NCBI RefSeq assembly: GCF_009914755.1 | Contig: NC_060935.1 | Strand: one strand, 5' to 3' | DNA: 64,000 bases | Source of the DNA: the human T2T-CHM13v2.0 reference genome, Homo sapiens | Shown: positions 46,321-59,249 of the stretch, one piece after another | Numbering within the stretch: position 1 is the first letter of the stretch | Layout of the letters: every line of letters begins with the position of its first letter | Program-made: the position numbers and the translations under genes | The notes under the pieces: generated by a model | The model's database searches: none | Told to the model about the DNA's origin: nothing | What the model saw: only the letters and a program-made list of their open reading frames with translations

Positions 46321-47050
46321 GAAGAAACAGAAATAAAAATTATTTTTCCTAGACCCACGACCCTCAGGTACATACCAGTGAACCCATCCAAGAAGCTCTG
46401 GATCAGACAGAGCTAGCCACTGAACCATTGAATAGAGAGACAGGCAAGTTCACCTTTAATAATTGTGAGGTCTTGGGAAAGACTATCTACATGTTTAAAA
46501 GTTGTAAATTAAGCTAGCAAAGTGTTAAATATTTTCCTTCCTCCTACCCTGATAGATATACCTTCATAACAAGCTAGATGTCCAGGTTCAAATTTAGAAA
46601 TCTCAGAATTCTAAGAGTTCCATGCCAGAAAGTGGTACTAGGAAAGGGCTCTTCCTGGCACCTGGCATTCTCCCCACAGACACAGCTTTCCACCTCTGCT
46701 TCCCACTCCCCATTGTGTCCCATTCCACAAGGGACCTCACATGTACACATGTATGGGCAACCTGGTATTCAAACTCTTGGTCCATACACCTGCACAAAGC
46801 AACCCCTGACTGTCCCTTTTATCTAGGGTTGAACAGCCAGTAGTGGTCTGCCTTCAGGACATTGTTCTGGGGAAGAGCCTTGTAAGCAGGTACAGGGTAT
46901 TTAGGGAGGGAATTCTGGTATCCCCAACACTACTAAGGGATGCATAGGCTCTAACTGGGCACATCCTCTTGGATCCATTCACCCCATAAGGAAGGTATAG
47001 CCAGGGGAGGGCTGAAAACAGAGACACCTTTCACAAAATCTAAGAGGAGT

Positions 47051-47351
47051 ATTATTATTATTATTATTATTATTGAGACAGAGTCTTGCCCTGTCACCCA
47101 GGCTAGAGTGCAGCAGTGCGATCTCGGCTCACTGCAACCTCTGCCCCTGGGTTCAAGTGACCCTCCTCCTCAGCCTCCAGAGTAGCTGAGATTACAGGCA
47201 CCCGCCACTGCGCCCAGCTAATTTTTGTATATTTAGTAGAGACAGGGTTTCACCATCTTGGCCAGGCTGTCTCGAACTCCTGACCTCGTGATCCTCCTGC
47301 CTTGGCTTCCCAAAGTGCTGGGATTATAGGCATGAGCCACCGCACCCAGCC
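47051..47351 (-). mobile_element. Alu (S-type) with (TAA)n tail
   Basis: Reverse Alu; flanking agtattatta repeats. Confidence 0.95.
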
Positions 47352-47577
47352 AGACAGTATTATTAAAGTGACCTTTGTCTATATGTTTGCCCATAGCTGC
47401 TTCTCTTCTCCCTAGACTGGAAAATCCACAGTTAAAATAAGATATATTTTTTGTTCCTCATATTATAGTTTATAAAGCATCTTAATACTCAGTACTAATC
47501 AATGTTCACAATCTGGTGAGATCATCAATCTACTGTTTTACAAATAAGAAAAATGGGGCTAAGTTATTTCTTCAAAT

Positions 47578-48150
47578 TGTGAACTAAACAAAGACCACCA
47601 AATAAGAATAAGTAAAGGCTATTGATTCATAACACGCAATAGCAAGGGAGTCTGCCATCATCACTTGGTAGAGACTCATAGGCAGGAAGGAAAGTTGTAA
47701 AGCTTTATAGTGAAAAAAGCAGGAGGCTTCAGGTATGCTCTAATTGGAGGTTGTTGGCACTGGGAAGCTGGAGAGAGGCTAGCTAGAAGTAGAGCACCTA
47801 TGTGATTGGTTTAAAAAGCATACTTGGCTTTCTCTGATTGCTCTCAAGGTGGAGGCAAGGGCAAAAATCAAAGAAGCTGCCAGTCATTGACCAAGTCCTG
47901 ACCATTCTGGGCCAATTGCTGCAGAGGTTGTAGTTTGGCTTCCCAGGCTGGTAGCTGCAGGGGCTGTGGGTAAGAGTTATATTTTTATATATGGTCTGGA
48001 CATTGTCTGGTTGTATATTCAGTCTCTCCAAAGTGACATAGTGAAAAACTGGTACTACTGGTACTACCATCTGTCCAGACTTTTGATCATAGCTTTGAAA
48101 GTTTTTCCACTTCTGTGCCCTGCCATGCATTCAGAGATTTTCAGAAGGAC
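47578..48150. mobile_element. Probable ERV LTR remnant, family not resolved
   Basis: TG start and LTR-like composition (ctgattg; cattgaccaagtcctgaccattc). Confidence 0.4.
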
Positions 48151-48319
48151 CCAATGTAATTGAAACAAATTACAAAAAGTCCACAGCAGGCACACAGAGA
48201 GAATGGGCTTTACCTTCAAATGCATAGCAGTTTGGGAATAGGAACCACAGTTCAGAACTAAAGCCTTCTCTGGGAAAAAGAACAAAATGCCGAAGAAGCA
48301 ATCCAAGGCAGAGTTATGG

Positions 48320-48752
48320 GGTCTCTGTTCTCATTCCCAAACCACAAAATGAGAGCCTTCAATACACTTAAGCAAATGCCATTCAAATTTCACACCAATT
48401 ACACAGGGTCCATGTAATTGGACCATATCCTTCCTTTCCCCATCACTGTGCTGGAAAGTTCTCATTTGCCACTGTTTAGAACAAAGTAAGGGAGCTCCGC
48501 TGACTTAAGGTCAGCTTAGGGTAAGTAGCCTGGCACCAGTCCCAACAGAAGTTAGACTATCCTCCAGCAAAGACCTGCTCAAGGCCAAGCCTCCGTTTAA
48601 TTACCAGGGGCCTGGCCAGTTATTTAGAGAACATCTCCTGTTCCTAGCATGGATAATTGCTCAAAGCCAGCTTCCTGAAGCTGTCGTGTCCTTTTTCTGT
48701 CTGTCCTGGCATCCCTTCAGGTTGTCTCTGCACTGCCATGCTCATCAGAATC
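48320..48752 (+). promoter_or_regulatory. Duplicated PANX3-like proximal promoter/5'UTR (copy B) with a RUNX motif
   Basis: Aligns to 5590-6059; AACCACA at 48340-48346; homeodomain-type ccaattac and ttaattacc. Confidence 0.6.
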
Positions 48753-48877
48753 TTGTTGCTTGTGCACATGGCTGCAGACCCTATGATCTCAGAAGCCCTG
48801 CTGCCAACAAAATGGGCAAGTTCATAGCTGTGGGCTTGCCGCTGCTGCTGATGTCCCTGGCCCAGGAGTTTTCCAGT
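48753..48877 (+). pseudogene. PANX3-like exon 1 remnant, copy B
   Basis: The ATG is replaced by TTG. LLLVHMAADPMISEALLP, then a deletion/frameshift, then NKMGKFIAVGLPLLLMSL--AQEFSS; compare PANX3 MSLAHTAAEYMLSDALLP...DRIVKFVAVGSPLLLMSLAFAQEFSS. Confidence 0.9.
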
Positions 48878-49280
48878 GTGTTGCTGCCACTACCCGGTGC
48901 AGCAGGGGTAGACTACACTACCTTATTCCTCTCATTGCATGGGATCTGGAGTAAGACAGCTGTGAGTATGATTCATACGCTAAGCAAGTTTCATTATTTT
49001 GGCTGGGTTGGATGTAATGAAATAAGCAGACAAACCATGCACTTAGGCACCAGAAAATCAGGGCAACAAGAAGGTTTTGGAAAACATTTTCACAATTTTC
49101 CAATTAAAGAAACTAAAAACAAACAACTTCAGTTTCAGAATATATGTACTTATTGTGTCATTTCAAATATTAATTTTTATTTTAAATTTTACATGGCTGA
49201 GGGAGATTGGGCACTGTAATGTTTTTTAAGGGCCTAGGACCCCAATGTAATCAAGACAGTTGGTCAACTAGTGAAGAGGT

Positions 49281-49468
49281 CGGTGGTTCTTAAACTTTAG
49301 CCTGTGTCAAAATGGCCTAGGAAACCTGTGAAGACAAAGGGCTGAGCTGCACCCCACAGCTTCTGATTTACTAGGTCTGAGGCAAGGATCGAGAACCTGC
49401 ATTTCTAATAAGTTTGCAGGTAACACTGACACTGCTAGGCTGGGGAGCATACTTTAAGAAGTACTGCT
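49281..49468. mobile_element. MER5A
   Basis: cggtggttcttaaacttt...ctgcatttctaataagttt...catactttaagaagtactg. Confidence 0.75.
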
Positions 49469-49723
49469 TTAGAGGAAGGATGTCTATGTGAGCCCCTTTA
49501 TCGGTAGCTGTAAGTAAGCTGTAAGTTTTTTAGTCTTGTCAGTTTCACCAGGAAACTCTCCAACCTCCTAATGAGACTGGCTGCCAACATTCTAAGAACC
49601 CAGCCATGGAAAGAACAACAGGGTGTCATGACTTAATGCACAGACTTGCACATAATCTCCATGTTTTTACGGAAAACTTTCCCAACTGTTCTTGGTATCT
49701 AAAGTACACAAGATGTAGATAGT

Positions 49724-50227
49724 GCAGTTGACGCTTGAACAACGCAGGAGGAGTTGAAATGCCAACCCCCTACCCAGCCAAAACTCTGCTTGTAGCTTTG
49801 ACTCCCCAAAAGCTTAACTAGTAATAGTCTCCTTTTGACCAGAAGCCTTACCAATAACATAAACAGTCAATTAACATATTTTGTATGTTATATGTATTAT
49901 GCACTGTATTCTTACAATAAAATAAGAGAAATGCAAATACCACTAAAAAAATCATAAAGAAGAGAAAATATATTTACTATCCACTAAGTGAAAGTAAATC
50001 ATCATATAGGTCTTCACCCTCATTGTCTTCACGTTGAGTAGCCTGAGGAGGAGGAAGAAGAGGGAGGGTTGGTCTTGTTGTCTCAGGGGTGTCAGAGAAG
50101 GAAGAGGTGGAGGAGGGGGAAGGGGAGGCAAGAGAGGCAGGCACACTCCATGTAACTTTTATTGAAATAAATACATATATAAATGGATCCATGCAGTTCA
50201 AGCCCATGTTGTTTAAGGAACAAGTGT
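49724..50227. mobile_element. Tigger2-family (Tigger2a/MER28) DNA transposon
   Basis: TIRs cagttgacgcttgaacaacgc...cccatgttgtttaaggaacaagtg. Confidence 0.8.
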
Positions 50228-51234
50228 ATTTCCATTTTGAAAATAAGTAAACTGAGGTTAACAAATGTGAAATAATTATACAGCCTCTGAGGTTAGTAAG
50301 AAGCAGAGGAGATATGCAAGCACACATCTAGTAGACCTCAAAAGAGCATGCTCTCTTTTTAAGGCACCAGGCTACAATATAAGGATGTCCTTATGTTATA
50401 CTTAAGATTGGAGTTCATGTACAAATCCACATAGGCTCCACGTGAGAGGCAAACCCAGCAGGAGCATCATTCTGTGCAAACCATATGGGCTTTGCAATCA
50501 GGATGACTTAAATCCAAACTCTGACACTCATCGACTGCAAAAACAAAGAGGAGCCCCACTGGGTACTTCTGCTGAATAAAGCATTGCCAGTGTCAATCTC
50601 AAAAAAAAAAAAAAAAAAATATTGGATCCTCGTACAGGAAACCAATCTGTAAGAAGAGATGCCTGGATGGAAAAAGGAGAGGAGCTGGTTTCCTTTCTCA
50701 GCATGGACTTTGAAAGGTAGACAGGTTCAAATGCGATCTCACACAGTGAGGCAGATTATAGCCTCTGCAGCAGCAGGAGCAGAGTACGGAAACCTCTGTG
50801 GGACCCTACAAGCTGACAATGATTAAACAGTATCTCATAAGACATATTCTCTAGACATGCTCCACCTTTATTTCCCTTTCACCATCAACTAGCCTTAGGA
50901 CAGTCATGCTGGACCCTCCTAATCTTGTCTCAAGATGCACCAGAGAACAGCAAGTTTATGGTCATTTGTCCACTGTTAAGGGGAAGCAGGAGTCCTCTGA
51001 GGCCTGCATACTTGGGGGCACACAACAGAGAGAAGACGCAGGAAAGGGCAGGGATATTCTCCAGAACAGAACCTAGGATGCTTGGTGCAATCATCCCTCC
51101 CCACCCAGAATCAGCTTCAGTTCCAAATTTGAATGTTTCCGGTTTATTTTAGAAAAAATGGCTTTTTCCCTTTTTGTCCCTCTCCTCCAGAAGATTCCCC
51201 AAGTACACAGCACTGAATAAGAATGAATGAATCT

Positions 51235-51512
51235 GGCCAGGTGCGGTGGCTCACTCCTGTAATCTCAGCATTTTGGGAGGCCAACGTGGGTGGATCATGA
51301 TGTCAGGAATTCAAGACCAGCCTGGCCAAGATGGTGAAGCCCTGTCTCTACTAAAAATACAAAAATTAGCCGGGCATGGTGGTGGGTGCCTGTAATCCCA
51401 GCTACTTAGGAGGCTGAGGCAGAGAATTGCTTGAACCTGGGAGGCGGAGGTTGCAGTGAGCCGAGATCGCACCACTGCACTCCAGCCTGGGCGACTGAGC
51501 AAGACTCTGTCT

Positions 51513-51563
<51 letters not shown>
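51235..51563 (+). mobile_element. Alu (S-type) with a 50-nt pure poly-A
   Basis: Full dimer; A-run at 51514-51563. Confidence 0.95.
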
Positions 51564-51565
<2 letters not shown>

Positions 51566-52633
51566 ATAGCATGAAATATCTGTTTATTAAGACAATTATT
51601 AAAACATTCATTCATTGATAAAATAGAAAAATATTCACATAAATAGCCCTTTCTGGCTATATGATCAAAGAAAAATACCTCTCTCACCGGAGCACATACA
51701 AAAGTAGTAGATAAGTAATATTAAAGCAACTTTTTATTGAATGGTATGGTTTGTGAGACGGTAAAGGAAGTTGCTATGAAGGCAAAAAAAAAAATGGTAA
51801 GAAAGCAGGCATCTGACTATGTAAATGAAGCCTGGACTCAGTGTTCACCTAGGTGTGTCTTCCAGTCGTTGGAGTCCTTGGAAAGTCCTGAGCTTTCACA
51901 CATGAAAAGCAAGAGATGAGGCCTGGAGCCCACGCAGGACAGAGGTGGTATTAGAGGCCATGTCACCTCCCCACCACCCTTGTAAACTCATGCTGAAAGA
52001 AGGTAAACCTGAGTGAATGAACTGGAAAAGAATTGCCCCCTCAGAGAGATGGTGAGGATACAGGCTGGTCTCAGCCTTGGCTCTGGATGGAGGAGGGGGT
52101 AGAAAATGGAAAACCCTCTCCCCTGAAAATCCCTCACCAGTCTGCACTCAAATGTGTATGAACTTGGAATGTGGATGGAACAATCTCTCTGTAACTCGTA
52201 GAGCCCCATACCAAAAATATACTATAAAGAGATCCTAGATGTTATCACTTACAATGGATTAGAAGTGTGGTAAGTGCTCCAAAGGGAAGCATAGGGTTGT
52301 ACAAAAGCATTTAACTGGGGGAAACTGAACTGAGTCTTCAGGGTCAGAAATAGGCTCTCTGAGGAAGTGAAATCCAGACACCTGAAGGATAAGGGAGTGC
52401 AGTCAATATTTGGCTTCTCAGCATCAGAACCCACCTTTCTGTTAGGAGAATCTGCCTTTGTTCAAGTCTTTATTGAAATCTTCTCACTTGGCAGCTATTA
52501 AGGCCAGAGCAAGTGTCTGAATATGCCCTCTGTTGAAGGTAAGAGGAACATTCGACCTCTGCCAACTAGATGCTCCCACTCAGGACTTTACTTCTGGAGC
52601 AAGCAGTGCAGAGAAACAAAGATAATTTCAGGT

Positions 52634-53092
52634 TGCTATGGTTTGTTTGTCCCCACCAACACTCATGTTGAAATTTGATACTCATTGTGGTGGGGTTGGG
52701 CTGTGGGGTGGGAGGTGTTTGGATCACAGGGGCGGATCCCTCATGAGTGGCTCGGTGTCCTTCTACAGCAGTGAGTGAGTTCTTACTCTGGTGAGACTGG
52801 ATTAGTTCTCAAAGGAATGAATTCGTTCCCTCCGAAGTGGGTTGTTATAAGCCAGGACGGCCCTTGGGGTTTGCCTCTTTGCCTTTGTCTGCTTCCCCTT
52901 TGACCTTCTCTGCCATGTTATGACCTAGCACAAAAAGCCCTCACCAGAATCTAAGCAGATGCCAGGGCCATGCATCCCATACTGCCTAGCCTGCAGAGCT
53001 GTGAGCTCAGTAAACCTCTTTTCTGTATAAGTGATCCAGTCTGAGGTATGATTATCCATTTGTGTTACAGCAACACAAAATGGACTAAGATA
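52634..53092 (+). mobile_element. MST-type MaLR solo LTR
   Basis: tgctatggtttg...caacacaaaatggactaagata; 5-bp TSD caggt (52629-52633 and 53093-53097). Confidence 0.85.
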
Positions 53093-54590
53093 CAGGTCCA
53101 TAACGGAAAACACAAAGATGGCAACCACTAGCAACCAGCCGTGTTGTGTGGTGCTATCAGGTGGCCAGAGGCCAGGGCTACTTAAACCAATGCAGGCCTC
53201 ACTTATGGCCTTAGCTGGGATTCTGGTCACCTGGCTCCCCTGGATCCTGATTATTCCCAGATCTGGTTTCCCAGACTTCTCTAATAGTCTAGTTGCCCTG
53301 TATCTTTTCAATGCATTCCTTTCCTGCTGGAGTTCACCAGAGTCAGATTCTATTTTTTCGCAGCTAAGAGCCATCGCTGGTTATAATAGAAGCTGGCCAG
53401 ATGGTGCATCTGAGGGAAATGATAGGGAGTGAGAAAAGTGCCCAGCAGCACAGCAGCCCTCTCAGATGCCTGTGACTGCTCATCAACCCCCACCCTCCTC
53501 CTGGTAAGGTGGAAACAGCTTTTCCCTTCCTCTTCCACATCATACTCTTGCTATGTTTATTCTTGTTTTTCTCTTCCAGACTCTTTCTGTTGGTACAGTA
53601 AGGCAAAAAAAAAAAAAAAAGAAAGAAAGAAAATGAAAAAAAGCAAGAAAGAAAAAGAAAATGTACGAACAGACCAGATTCCAGAGACCAACATCCTTGG
53701 TAAAGAGTGTGGGGAAGTCTGTAGTCAATTTGCCTTACGAGAACTACATTTTAAGTGACTAACCTAAATATTAATGCCCTAATGTCAGCAAAACAACTAT
53801 AAACACACATGCTTCCAATATAGATATCTATATTTGTATCAGCTCAAATTTTACTAAGATTCTTAAAATAATTTAGTGTATTCCCAAAATTATTACTGAA
53901 ATCTAACAAAGTGAATGACATGATTACTATTTAAATGTTACACATGTGGTATAGGTAGCATTTGTATTTTAAACATTCACTGTGATAGCAGAGGACTATC
54001 TCTATGTGACACACAGGCACACACATAGATACCACACACCCTGTCTGTTAAAGTTCCTTAGGTAACCAATACGAGAGTAGCTCATTGCTCATTTGACAAG
54101 ATTTATTTTATGGTACTTTGTTTTTAAATAATTATAGCTTTGCTTTTATGACAGGTAACTGGCCATATCTTTATTTATTTTATATTCAATCTTTATTCAG
54201 AAACCATGTCCTATTTTTTGACACTGTAACTATAGAAATTCGTGGTCAGATTTATGATACAAGAAAAACTCATTGCTATGAATCCTGAATGATGAATAGA
54301 AGATGACCAGAAAAGAATGGGCGAGGGTTTTGTAGGCAGAGAAGACAACATGAAAAAAAAGATACGGAGGCACAAAAAAACCCACGTATATTTAGGGAAG
54401 GGTAGATGATATTATGGTGAAATCACTGCATGTGTGGAAGCGTGAAATAGGGGAGCTTTGGCGCAACTGTTAATTTTATGCGTCGCTTTGACTGTATCAT
54501 GTTAGATGGAAGAACGGCTTTGTTATTTCCTTTATCTGGACATTAAGTGCAAGAAAATGTGTACGGATGCTGAGTAAACAAGCGCTAAAC

Positions 54591-55104
54591 TGTGATAGCT
54601 AATTTTATGTAACAGCTTGGCTGGGCTATGAAATCCAGCTGTTTGAGCAAACATTAGTCTAGCTGTTGCTGTGGGTGTGAATTTTATCTGTGATTAACTT
54701 TTATGGTCAGTTGACTTTAAGTAAAGCAGATTATAGCAGACTATCATGTAGCAGGCTTCGTCCAATCCATTGAAGAACAAAGGGCAAAGGAGTTTCCAGA
54801 GAAGAAGGAGTTCTGCCTCGAGACTGTGACATAGAAACCCACCTGAGTTTCCAGCCTTCTGGCCTGCCCTGTGAATTTGAGATTCCAAACTACAACATCA
54901 ATTCTTACCTGAACTTCCAGGCTGTGCCTGCCCCACAAATTTCATATTTTCCAGTCCCCACAATCATGTGAGCCAATTCCATAAAACACAGGTCCCTGCA
55001 GACATACCATCCATCTATACAGTATATCTGTATAGATATATAGATAGATAGAGATACACAGATATAGGTAGGGTTCTGTTTCTCCGGAGAACCCGGACTG
55101 ATAC
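54591..55104 (+). mobile_element. MLT2-type (ERVL) solo LTR
   Basis: tgtgatagctaattttatgtaacagcttggctgggct...ttctgtttctccggagaacccggactgataca. Confidence 0.8.
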
Positions 55105-56846
55105 AAGAGGTTACAGGTGATAATTAATCATCCTCCCCTCCACACTCTGAGAATTGAGAAAGAAGAAGCCAGATAGAAAGAGATGAAGATTAGCCTAAAC
55201 ACTGATGAAGTTCATAGAAGGGCATAGCTTAGAGCTGCAGCCACAACAGGACTCCCTAATTCCGTCTGTGCTTCCCCAGATTAATTTTACAAACCTAGAC
55301 ACGAGCTGAGATGGCAACTGCAGCTCTTGTCTACGAAAGGAGAGCACTTAGAAGAGGAAGAAAGAGACTCCTGAGGACAGGGCTGTCCTAAAAAGAGAAT
55401 GCTCAGGGGGCTCAGCCATCCTTAACCCATGCTGTTTCCCAGCCTCAAGAGGCAGGAGTCACTATTCTTTCTGGGGGTTGAGTCTAGTGGGGAGAAGGAA
55501 AAGAGAAGGGGCTCCTCCCACTCTTTACCTTCCTGAGGCACAGAAGGAGTAGGTATCCCATTAAACAGGCTGGTCTGCTTTGGGTTCAGTCACAGACGGG
55601 GCAATCATTTCCCCACAGCAAGTTTCCTTCTTGTGACATGTAAAATACTTGCTTGTAAAGTTCTGCTGTAGTTCAGTACTGTGCTATCTTACTTTTGAGA
55701 TGAATTAATTTTTTTTAATGTTCTCAAAAGTAATTAAGAAACTTTAAGACACAGCTTCTACTTTTTCCCCGTTTAGCGTAGCTGTTTCTCTCTGCTAGTC
55801 AGAGTTTGGATCTGCCTCTGGGAGCCCAAGTGCAATTGGAGGGTAAATACACAAAGTGTGTCTCTCAAGTCAAGAGCAGCCAGAGACCTCTCAACCTAAC
55901 AGCCTGAGTTTTCTTTTACATATTTCAGAGTCCTCAGTAAAAATCCAGAGAAGGCTCCCTCAGTTACTTCCTAGAGTTACTATAGAAAACAAGAAATTAT
56001 GTCCTTTGAGTTTACACATGTAGCAACTTTAACAACCTCCATGTTCGATTTTGCTTCAACACTGAAAGCAATGAAAGGAGGTGCCTACCCTGTCTCCCTC
56101 CCCCATTTGGTTGATGCTAAGTGGGAATTCCTAGGCTAGATCTCTATAAAAATGGCCGAAATTCAGTAACACAATTTGTGGAGCTGGCAATTAGGCAGGG
56201 TCTTTACATTGTGCACATGACAAAGCCCTTTTCATATCGCCATCTTCAATTAAATTATATAAAATTATTCAAAGCTACTAAGATCTCTGTTTTCCTGAGT
56301 AATGGCAGGTAATGCCTTGAGAGAGCTTAAAATCAGTTGATATGGAGTAGAGAGGAAAAACTGTTCATTTGCTATTGGTTCCGGGGAGCAGTATTGTGCC
56401 CTTGAAGAACAGCAGGGAAGAGTCACACCATAAGCATGTGACGTTTTTCTTCTTTTCAGAGGTTCAAATTGGGGCATACACTCGCTGTTATTTTCAGAAA
56501 GGCAGAAGCTCTCTACACAAATGCATCATCCTTTTAGTCAGAAAACATTTAATGCCCTCATACTCTCAGCAATTCTAAGTAAAATAGGAAATAAAGAATA
56601 AATAATAGCCAGTCATTTTTTAGGTTTTCTTTAGAATATAAATTTATTGAATAATGCCTTAGTGCTTGCTAGAATTTACTTCTTAAAATAAGTATATACA
56701 TGATATATAAATATATTTGTATACTATGTATATGTGTGTAAATATATTCCCCTTATTAAGTAAAAAAGTCTTTGTAAGAAGCTGTGTCTTAAGGTTTCTT
56801 AATTACTTTGGGGAATATTTAAAAATATGTATCTCAAAAGTAACAA

Positions 56847-56987
56847 ATATATATATATGTGTATATATATATATATGTATATATATATATGTATATATAT
56901 ATATATGTGTGTATATATATATATATGTGTATATATATATATACATATATATATATATGTGTATATATATATATACACATATATATA
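56847..56987. repeat. (TA)n/(TG) compound microsatellite
   Basis: About 140 bp of alternating purine-pyrimidine sequence. Confidence 0.95.
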
Positions 56988-57354
56988 TTTTCTTCCCATA
57001 AAAAGAGAAGATGCTATTTAAAAATCAGCATAGGCCTAAACATTTTTAATGTCAGTTCAGACAGGATGACTTTTTCTGCTGCTGCCACCTGGTGGCAGCT
57101 TGCCTAAAACTCAAGGAGCGTAACAAACATTCTCAGTAACTCCCTCTGGCCCAGGGAAAACCTGACAATTATACAGCAAGTTCTAAACCACAGAAAACCT
57201 AGATTTGAGATCCAAGTACATCTGTACAGGGAAGTTGCACTGCATATGAAGAGAGAGAAAAAATGATATAACAGTGAAAAGTTAGCACCAGCACTTGAAT
57301 GTTGACAGGAAGAGAAATACACAAAACATTTTAAAAGTTTTTACAATAGAAAGA

Positions 57355-57508
57355 GGCCAGGCATGGTGGCTCACACCTGGAATTCCAATACTTTGGGAGG
57401 CCGAGGCAGGAAGATTGCTTGAGCCGGGAGTTCAAGACCAGGATGGACAACATAGCAAGACAGACCCCATCTCTACAAAATATAAAAATAAAATTAAAAA
57501 AGAAAAAG
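57355..57508 (+). mobile_element. Alu monomer (FLAM-like)
   Basis: Left-arm Alu sequence followed by an A-rich tail. Confidence 0.8.
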
Positions 57509-57625
57509 AATTGGGGGAAAATGTTTTAAGTTAATAAAGGCATACTCATGGTTTTGTTCAAGAAAGGAATTAGTAAAAAAAGAACATTCAAGGTACAAGA
57601 AAGAAATGAAAATCTGAGGATTTGA

Positions 57626-58766
57626 CCTAAAATTCATATGGAACCAAAAAAGAGCCTGCATAGCCAAAGCAAGACAGCAAAGAGAACAAATCTGAGCATC
57701 ACATTACCTGACTTCAAACTATACTATAAGGCCATAGTCACCAAAACAGCATGATACTGGTATTAAAAATAGGCACATAGACCAATGGAACAGAATAGAG
57801 AACCCAGAACCCAACACTTAGAGCCAGCTGATCTTCAACAAAGCAAACGGAAACATAAAGTGGGGAAAGGATGCCCTATTGAACAAATGGTGCTGGGATA
57901 ATTGGCAAGCCACATGTAGAAGAATGAAACTGGATCCTCATCTCTCACCTTATACAAAAATCAACTCAAGATGGATCAAGGACTTAAATCTAAGACCTGA
58001 AACTATGAAAATTCTAGAAGATAACATTGGAAAACCCCTCCTAGACATTGACTTAAGCGAAGACTTCATGACCAAGAACCCAAAAGCAAATGCAACAAAA
58101 ACAAAGATAAATAAATGGGACTTAATTAAACTAAAGAGCTTCTGCACAGCAAAAGGAACAGTCAGCAAGGTAAACAGACAACTCAGAGTGGGAGAAAATC
58201 TTCAAAATCTATACATTCAACAAAGACTAATATCCAGAATCTACAAGGAACTCAAATTAGCGACAAAAAAAACAAACAATCCCATCAAAAAGTGGGCTAA
58301 GGACATGAATAGACAATTCTCAAAAGAAAATACACAAATGGCTCACAAACATACGAAAAAAATGCTCAACATCACTAATGATCGGGGAAATGCAAATCAA
58401 AACCACAATGTGATACCAACTTACTCCTGCAAGAATGGTCATAATCAATAAATCAAAAAAAAAGATGTTGGTATGGATGCAGTGAAAAGGGAACACTTCT
58501 GTACTGCTGGTGGGAATGTAAACTAGTAAACCATTATGGAAAACAATGCAGAGAATCCTTAAATAACTAAAAGTAGAACTACCATCCGATCCAGCAATCC
58601 CACTACTGGGTATCTACAGAGGAAAATAAGTCATTATATGAAAAAGATACTTGCACGCACATGGTTATAGCAGCACAATTTGCAATTGCAAAAGTATGGA
58701 ACCATCCCAAATGCCCATCAATCAACGAGTAGATAAAGAAATTGTGAGATATATATATAATCTCAC

Positions 58767-58807
<41 letters not shown>

Positions 58808-59192
58808 CACACACACACCATAGAATATGACTCAGCCATAAAACAGAATGGAATAATAACATTTGCAACAGCCTGGATGCAATTGGAGACCATTATTCTA
58901 AGTGAAATAACTCAGAAATGGAAAACCAAACATTGTATGTTCTCACTAATAAGTGGGAGCTAAGCCATGAGGATGCAAAGACATAAGAGTGATACAATGG
59001 ACCTTGGGGACTCGAGGGAAGGGGTGGGAGGGGGCGAGGGATAAGAGACTACAAATTGGGTTCAGTGTACACTGCCTGGGTGATGAGTGCACCAAAATCT
59101 CACCAATCACCACTAAAGAACTTACTCATGTAACCAAATACCACCTGTTCCCAAAAAAACTATGGAAATAAAAAAATTTTTAAAAAAAGAAA
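57626..59192 (+). mobile_element. 5'-truncated L1PB (L1PB1-like)
   Basis: ORF2 C-terminal peptides and L1PB 3'UTR; 18-bp TSD gaaaa(tc/ct)tgaggatttga at 57608-57625 and 59193-59210. Confidence 0.88.
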
Positions 59193-59249
59193 GAAAACTT
59201 GAGGATTTGAAATACTTAGGATGGGAGGGGGCGGCACTAAGAGCACATG

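Noticed and set aside
52925-53758. ORFs of 104-149 aa considered as possible PANX3 exon 3/4 remnants
   Set aside because: I found no convincing match to recalled PANX3 exon 3/4 peptides (ALPYSLL, SELDKSYNRS); partly within an MST LTR.
56717-57107. Tyr/Ile-rich ORFs on both strands
   Set aside because: Artefacts of a (TA)n microsatellite.
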